Notes under the pieces: generated by a model
Databases searched by the model: none
Seen by the model: only the letters and a program-made list of their open reading frames with translations
Told to the model about the DNA's origin: nothing
Shown here: positions 58,998 through 64,000 of the stretch, one piece after another
Layout: every line of letters starts with the position of its first letter
How positions within the stretch are numbered: position 1 is the first letter of the stretch
Program-made: the position numbers and the translations under genes
From: an uncultured Chloroflexia bacterium
GTDB taxonomy: Bacteria; Chloroflexota; Chloroflexia; Thermomicrobiales; UBA6265
Direction: 5' to 3'
Length of the DNA: 64,000 bases
Assembly (NCBI GenBank): GCA_963724295.1
Contig: CAVRUC010000007.1
Span: 288,001-352,000 of the forward strand

Positions 58998-60635
58998 ATG
59001 CCAGAGCGCGCGTCCGCGGAGAAAAAGCGGCTGATGCCGTCTTCGACGGACCTGGATACGGACCTTGGTACGCGTCCGCTGATCATCGCCTCGAACAGAG
59101 GCCCGGTCACGTTCTCGCGACAGGCGAACGGTTCGTTCGACGCGCGCAAGGGGAGTGGCGGCGTCGTGACGGCGGTCACCGCTATCGCTCGCGAGCGGCA
59201 ACCGATCTGGATCGCGGCAGCCATGACCGAGGGAGACCGCCAGCGCGCCGCTCATGCCCACGAAACCGGCGAGGAACTGATCGAGTTCGGGAATCCTTGT
59301 GAGTTCCGGCTGCGGTTCGTCGTGCCGGATCCCGAGGCGTACCACCAGTACTACAACATCATCAGCAACCCGTTGCTCTGGTTCCTCCAGCACTACCTGT
59401 GGGATACGCCGAGAACTCCGGACATCACGAAGGATATCTGGGATGCCTGGCGGGACGGCTACGTCGTAGTCAATGAGTTGTTCGCGGATGAGATCGTTGC
59501 CGCGGCAAAAGCAGCCGGCGATGAGCCGTTGATCATGCTGCAGGACTATCACCTCTACCTGTGCGCCGGCCTCGTGCGCCAACGGCAACCAGACGCCCGA
59601 CTGCAGCAGTTCGTGCATATCCCCTGGCCCGACCCTGATTACTGGCGTCTCCTGCCATTGGAGATGCGGCGGTCGATCTGTGAAGGGATGTTGGGCAACG
59701 ATATCGTTGGTTTCCAGACGCCAGAACACGGCCGGTCGTTCATGTACACCTGCCAGGCGTACGTGCCGGATGCCTTCGTCGACTACTCCACGTTGTCAGT
59801 GCGATGGCAAAACCGCCGCATCGAGGTGCGGACGTATCCCATCTCGATCGATGCCGCCGCGGTGCGCCGCATGGCGTACTCCAAAGAAGCGCGGTCGCAC
59901 GACCGGTACTTGCCGAACCACTGGAACGAGTTCACCGTACTTCGCGTCGACCGCGCCGAACCGAGCAAGAACATCGTGCGCGGCTTTCTGGCGTTCGATC
60001 GGTTCCTCGAAGCCCACCAGGACTTCCAGGGCCGTGTCAATTTCGTCGCGATCACCGTGCCATCCCGGATGGACGTGGTCGAGTACCAGGATTATCTGGA
60101 CGACGTCAGCGCGGTCGTGGGACGGATCAATGCCAAGTACGCCAACGTCGAGACGGGGTGGCAACCGATCCACCTGATCATGGGTGAGAACTACCCGCGG
60201 GCCCTGGCGGCGATGAAGTGGTATGACGTGCTCCTGGTGAATTCCATCATCGACGGCATGAACCTCGTCGCCAAGGAAGGCGCCCTGTTGAACGAGCGCA
60301 ACGGCGTGCTGATCCTGTCAGAGGGCGCCGGCGCCGTGAGTCAGCTCGGCGAGGACGCCATCATCATCGGGCCGACCGACGTCGAAGGAACCGCCGACGC
60401 GCTGCACCGCGCATTGACCATGCCGCTCGAGGAGCGGCGCAGGCGAGCGGAAGGCTTGCGGCGCTCGGTCGAGACCGACGACGTGACCAAGTGGTTCGAG
60501 AATCAGGTCGCCGACATGTTGGCGTACAAGCGCGAACCCATCGCCGAGGACGATGAGTCGGAGGACGACATGGCGATGCCCGCCAACATCGTCTCGCTTA
60601 CCGGATCGGATCGGGTCTCGACCGCCGGAGCCTGA
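58998..60635 (+). CDS. otsA: Trehalose-6-phosphate synthase (GT20)
   Basis: ASNRGP, GG.VTA, YY..ISNP.LW...HY, QDYHL, F.HIPWP, RVDR.EPSKNI.RG, DGMNLVAKE, LSE.AGA; AGGAGG RBS. Confidence 0.9.
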   Translation: MPERASAEKKRLMPSSTDLDTDLGTRPLIIASNRGPVTFSRQANGSFDARKGSGGVVTAVTAIARERQPIWIAAAMTEGDRQRAAHAHETGEELIEFGNPCEFRLRFVVPDPEAYHQYYNIISNPLLWFLQHYLWDTPRTPDITKDIWDAWRDGYVVVNELFADEIVAAAKAAGDEPLIMLQDYHLYLCAGLVRQRQPDARLQQFVHIPWPDPDYWRLLPLEMRRSICEGMLGNDIVGFQTPEHGRSFMYTCQAYVPDAFVDYSTLSVRWQNRRIEVRTYPISIDAAAVRRMAYSKEARSHDRYLPNHWNEFTVLRVDRAEPSKNIVRGFLAFDRFLEAHQDFQGRVNFVAITVPSRMDVVEYQDYLDDVSAVVGRINAKYANVETGWQPIHLIMGENYPRALAAMKWYDVLLVNSIIDGMNLVAKEGALLNERNGVLILSEGAGAVSQLGEDAIIIGPTDVEGTADALHRALTMPLEERRRRAEGLRRSVETDDVTKWFENQVADMLAYKREPIAEDDESEDDMAMPANIVSLTGSDRVSTAGA

Positions 60636-60672
60636 AGCGCCAATCCCGTAACCACACTCGCGGAGTTGGCTG

Positions 60673-60701
60673 TTGACAGCCGATTCGGAGCCGGAGATAG
60701 T
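60673..60701 (+). promoter_or_regulatory. Putative sigma-70 promoter of the ABC transporter operon
   Basis: TTGACA-N17-GATAGT, 80 nt upstream of the ATG at 60781. Confidence 0.5.
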
Positions 60702-60780
60702 ACGCCCCGGCGCGACCCGGCTCTGCATTGGAGCACGGGCTGTCATGTGCACTGAGGCACTGGAGGAGGTTCAAGAAACC

Positions 60781-62421
60781 ATGAGCCATCGGATTCTTCG
60801 CAGAGCAGTCGACCGACGGACCGTATTAAAGGCGGCCACAGGCGCTGCAGCCGGATTCTACGCCTGGGGAGTTCCCGGCAAGTCTTACCAGCGAGCGCTG
60901 GCCCAAGAGAGCATAGTCCAGCAAATCCTCGCCATCCCCGGCGCCGGCGCTCAGTGGACCGAAGCAGACCTGCGGAGCGTTGGCGAGCTCGTTCTCGAGC
61001 CGACAAAAGCGAACGTGCAACCAGGCGAGTTTCAGGGCCAGCAATTGACGTTCCTCGGGCTGAACAACGCAGGTCTTCACAACCTGGTTTTTCGTCCTCT
61101 TTCGGAGGCCTGGCAGGAATACACTGGCGCTCAGATCGAGTGGATTGATCTGCCTCAAAATGAGGTCTTCGCTCGCGTCCAGCAGAGCATCGCGAGTGAT
61201 ACGGTCGACTTCGATGTTCTGGAGGGTGGAGCCCCCTGGGAGGGTGACATACTCGGCAGGGGGCTTGCCTCCGAAATGCCCGATTGGGTCGCTGCACAAA
61301 TCGACATGAGTGACTACGTGAAGCTCCTCCAGCCTCCGGTTGGGACGTGGGACGGCAAGACCTATCGTGTCTCAATTGACGCTGACGCACACAACTTCAA
61401 TTATCGCTCCGATGTCTTTGCCAGCGAAGAATTGGGCGCAGAGTGGTCCGCCGCAGGGGGTGCCCAGGAATGGGGTGTTCCTCAAACGTGGCAGCAGGTC
61501 CAGGCAGTTACTCAATTCCTCCAAGGGAAGCAACTAGACGGCCAGGACCTCTATGGAATCCTGGACGAGTGCGCGCCATGGGGCGGGTTCGGCTGGTATT
61601 TCTTTGCAAGTCGCGCGAGTGCTTATGCCAAACATCCGGACAACAAGGCATGGCTGTTCGATCCGTCCAATATGAAACCCTTCGTCAACAGCCCTGCCTT
61701 CGTTCGAGCGGCGCAGGACGTGATCGACGCACTACCGTTTGAGCCGACGGATCAGGTCAACGCTGATGGCAATCGCACTTGGCTGGAGCAGTTCCTGCCT
61801 GGGATCGGCTCGATGCTTCACTGGTGGGGTGACGTCGGCTCGAACGTTTACACCAACGATGTCTCCGTCGTTCAGGACAAGGTGATGTTCAGCATCTTGC
61901 CCGGTTCTGACGACGTCTACAACAACGCAACTGGCGAATGGAATACTCTACCTAGCGGACCCAACTTCGCGCCGAACGAGGCATACATCGGTTGGGGCCT
62001 GTACGTCATGAAACGATCCGAAGCCTCGGGTGTCAACAAGGCCGCGTGGAGCTTGGCCGCGCACCTTGGCGGCAAGGATCTCGGAACCTGGACAGCGGTC
62101 TACCCGTCAGGCTTCCAGCCATACCGCGAAAGCTCATTCGATGAAGAGCTGTGGGCGGTCGCCGATCTGCCGGCGGAGTTCATTTCGTCGTACTTGGACT
62201 CGCAGGTGGATTCGTACAACCATCCCAATGGGGCCATCGAGCCACGCATCCCGGGGATTTTCCAGTACTACGTGGCCGCCGAAACGGAGCTCTCCCGGGC
62301 CTACGCCGGCCAGGTGACAGCTCAGGAAGCGCTGGACGCGACTGCCGCTGCCTGGGAACAGATCACCGACGATCTCGGGCGCGATAGCCAGATCGAACTC
62401 TATCAAGCCGCACTCGGATAA
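60781..62421 (+). CDS. Tat-exported ABC transporter substrate-binding protein (carbohydrate family)
   Basis: GGAGG RBS; DRRTVLK twin-arginine signal; D.D...NYR.D, P.TW and C-terminal EALD..A..WE SBP family 1 features; precedes permeases. Confidence 0.88.
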   Translation: MSHRILRRAVDRRTVLKAATGAAAGFYAWGVPGKSYQRALAQESIVQQILAIPGAGAQWTEADLRSVGELVLEPTKANVQPGEFQGQQLTFLGLNNAGLHNLVFRPLSEAWQEYTGAQIEWIDLPQNEVFARVQQSIASDTVDFDVLEGGAPWEGDILGRGLASEMPDWVAAQIDMSDYVKLLQPPVGTWDGKTYRVSIDADAHNFNYRSDVFASEELGAEWSAAGGAQEWGVPQTWQQVQAVTQFLQGKQLDGQDLYGILDECAPWGGFGWYFFASRASAYAKHPDNKAWLFDPSNMKPFVNSPAFVRAAQDVIDALPFEPTDQVNADGNRTWLEQFLPGIGSMLHWWGDVGSNVYTNDVSVVQDKVMFSILPGSDDVYNNATGEWNTLPSGPNFAPNEAYIGWGLYVMKRSEASGVNKAAWSLAAHLGGKDLGTWTAVYPSGFQPYRESSFDEELWAVADLPAEFISSYLDSQVDSYNHPNGAIEPRIPGIFQYYVAAETELSRAYAGQVTAQEALDATAAAWEQITDDLGRDSQIELYQAALG

Positions 62422-62432
62422 GCCGATGGCAC

Positions 62433-62465
62433 GCCGGGGTCGGATCGACGTCATCCGACCCCGGC
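62433..62465 (+). terminator. Strong hairpin after the SBP gene (mRNA stabiliser or partial terminator)
   Basis: GCCGGGGTCGGAT-CGACGTC-ATCCGACCCCGGC, 13-bp perfect stem, no U tract. Confidence 0.6.
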
Positions 62466-62555
62466 AAGTCACCGGGTCCAGCCTCTGAATCGCTCAGCCT
62501 GGACCCTCCTTTGGATCGCGTCGCGTCGTGACGTACCACGAGTCCTTGGTGAAAC

Positions 62556-63671
62556 ATGCAGCAGAATCCGGCGGTTGAGCTTCCCGTTGCGGATGTCCCA
62601 ATCGGCGTCGCAGCTGGGTGGCGACAGGCGACCGGTCGAGTCGTTCTTGTCGTCGCTTCGCTGGTGACCTTGGTTCTCTTGGCTGTTCAGCTATTGAAGA
62701 CTCTTGGATTCACGACCGTCGGGTTCGCAAATTGGCGTCCGATCGCTGTTGCCTTTCTCGGCTGGGCCGTATGTTTCTGCGCATATATCTTCTTGACGCG
62801 AGGCCAACGCGGCGAACGTGCTGTTTTCCTGTTGCCAGCCGTCCTCATCACGGTGGCATTCATCATTTTTCCCACGATCTACGCGCTGTTCATCGCCTTT
62901 CACAACTGGAATCTCAGCGCGGTAGCCGGTAGGCAGTTCACCGGTCTGGACAACTTCCGAAGGTTGTTTTCGGACCGGGGATACTGGGAAGCCATGCTGA
63001 ACATGGTGTATTACGTTGGGGCCGTTCTGGCCCAATACGTGATCGCGTATGGACTTGCGCTTCTCTTGAATCAACCCGTCCGGGGACGCAAGTTCTTCAG
63101 GGTTATCTTTCTCCTACCATTTATGTTGAGCCCAGTCGCCGTCAGCTTTATGATCGGAAAGACGCTTCTGAACAGCCAATACGGACCGGTTGTGGCTGCG
63201 CTCCACTGGGTTGGCGTGGCGGACGTCTCCTTCTATGAAAATCCCTGGCTCGCCAGGCTCAACATCATGATCATGGATGCGTGGTACTCGATTCCGTTCA
63301 TGATGGTGCTGTTGCTCGCTGGTCTCCAGGGAATTCCCGGCGAAGTCCTCGAGTCAGCGAAGATCGATGGCGCGTCCGCATGGCAGACGTTTCGCGACAT
63401 GGTATTTCCTTTGATGCTCCCGATCTCTCTGACCGCCATCATTCTCCGGGTCATCTTTGAACTGAAGCTCATCGATGTCGTTCGCGTTGTCACTGGTGGA
63501 GGTCCGGGCGGTGCAACCGACACCGTGAGCCTGTTCATTTACCGGGAGGGCATTCAGAAAACGAACGTCGGCTACGCGTCCGCGATGTCCCAGTTCTACC
63601 TGCTAGTCATCATCATCTCAATCACGGTAGTGCTGTGGCTCGCGAACAAATTGGTCGCGAAGTTCAGCTGA
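62556..63671 (+). CDS. Carbohydrate ABC transporter permease (MalF/UgpA-like)
   Basis: F.GL.NF, LALLLN, LPFMLSPV, LAGLQ.IP.E..ESAKIDGAS (EAA loop), TGGGPG.AT. Confidence 0.93.
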   Translation: MQQNPAVELPVADVPIGVAAGWRQATGRVVLVVASLVTLVLLAVQLLKTLGFTTVGFANWRPIAVAFLGWAVCFCAYIFLTRGQRGERAVFLLPAVLITVAFIIFPTIYALFIAFHNWNLSAVAGRQFTGLDNFRRLFSDRGYWEAMLNMVYYVGAVLAQYVIAYGLALLLNQPVRGRKFFRVIFLLPFMLSPVAVSFMIGKTLLNSQYGPVVAALHWVGVADVSFYENPWLARLNIMIMDAWYSIPFMMVLLLAGLQGIPGEVLESAKIDGASAWQTFRDMVFPLMLPISLTAIILRVIFELKLIDVVRVVTGGGPGGATDTVSLFIYREGIQKTNVGYASAMSQFYLLVIIISITVVLWLANKLVAKFS

Positions 63672-63755
63672 TATTCATCCGACAGACCGTACCTCCGGTG
63701 GCCATCTGTGTGTATCGTCACGGAGATGCGTAGGAGCTCTTGAGGAGTTGTTGTA

Positions 63756-64000
63756 ATGACCCAGACTGTGCAAAAAACGGTGATCTATACCGTCCTCATC
63801 ATCTGGGCGTTCGTTTGTCTGTTCCCGATCTACTGGACCGCATCAACAGCCTTTAAAGAGGCTAAGGATATCTATGACGGTGACCTCGTACCGTGGCTGC
63901 AGTTTGAGCCCAACTGGAAGGGATGGGAGTCGCTAGGATTGTCGCCAGACACGATCGGTCAGCAATCGAGCGCACGTGAGCTATTCTTGAAGCACGCCGT
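63756..64000 (+). CDS. Second carbohydrate ABC permease (MalG-like), 3' partial
   Basis: GAGGAG RBS; MTQTVQKTVIYTVLIIWAFVCLFPIYWTASTAFK, open to the window end. Confidence 0.85.
   Translation, partial: MTQTVQKTVIYTVLIIWAFVCLFPIYWTASTAFKEAKDIYDGDLVPWLQFEPNWKGWESLGLSPDTIGQQSSARELFLKHA

Noticed and set aside
117..63538. Numerous long antisense or alternative-frame ORFs in the ORF track (e.g. 9652-10752, 12285-13496, 35028-35936)
   Set aside because: Shadow ORFs of high-GC coding regions, Arg/Pro/Ala-rich, without motifs.

Overview
GC-rich bacterial chromosomal segment, most likely Chloroflexota (Thermomicrobiales-like). That assignment is an inference from tandem DUF2298/'YYY' membrane proteins, a single-gene alpha2-type GlyRS and the overall gene set. 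It is mostly housekeeping (der, plsY, galE, glyA, rsfS, fmt, uvrC, tsaC, rarA, rph, rluB, cmk, obgE, rpoD, lysA, coaE, mutY, glyQS, xerD-like, ald, rseP, ispG, otsA, sugar ABC transporter) plus three tRNAs (Ile2-CAT, Gly-TCC, Pro-TGG). The accessory part is about 4.4-8.1 kb. The top finding is an IS110-family element inserted at the CT of a GTAG-type REP palindrome. Its non-coding left end (6166-6367) folds by eye into a two-loop bridge RNA whose guide segments match the REP target on both sides of the CT core and the element's own left end, so it looks like an RNA-guided recombinase programmed against this genome's REP family. This copy is frameshifted and lacks its right end. Other points of interest are a CysM-CysO-Mec sulfur-carrier cluster, a HisC-like protein without the PLP lysine, a XerD-like protein with Arg at the catalytic Lys position, an Fe-S/NrfD pair with no adjacent catalytic subunit, and an AAA-helicase remnant between two tRNAs. 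About ten single-base frameshifts in ordinary genes suggest long-read indel errors, so pseudogene calls are provisional. All calls are from motif recognition by eye; no database searches or folding programs were run.
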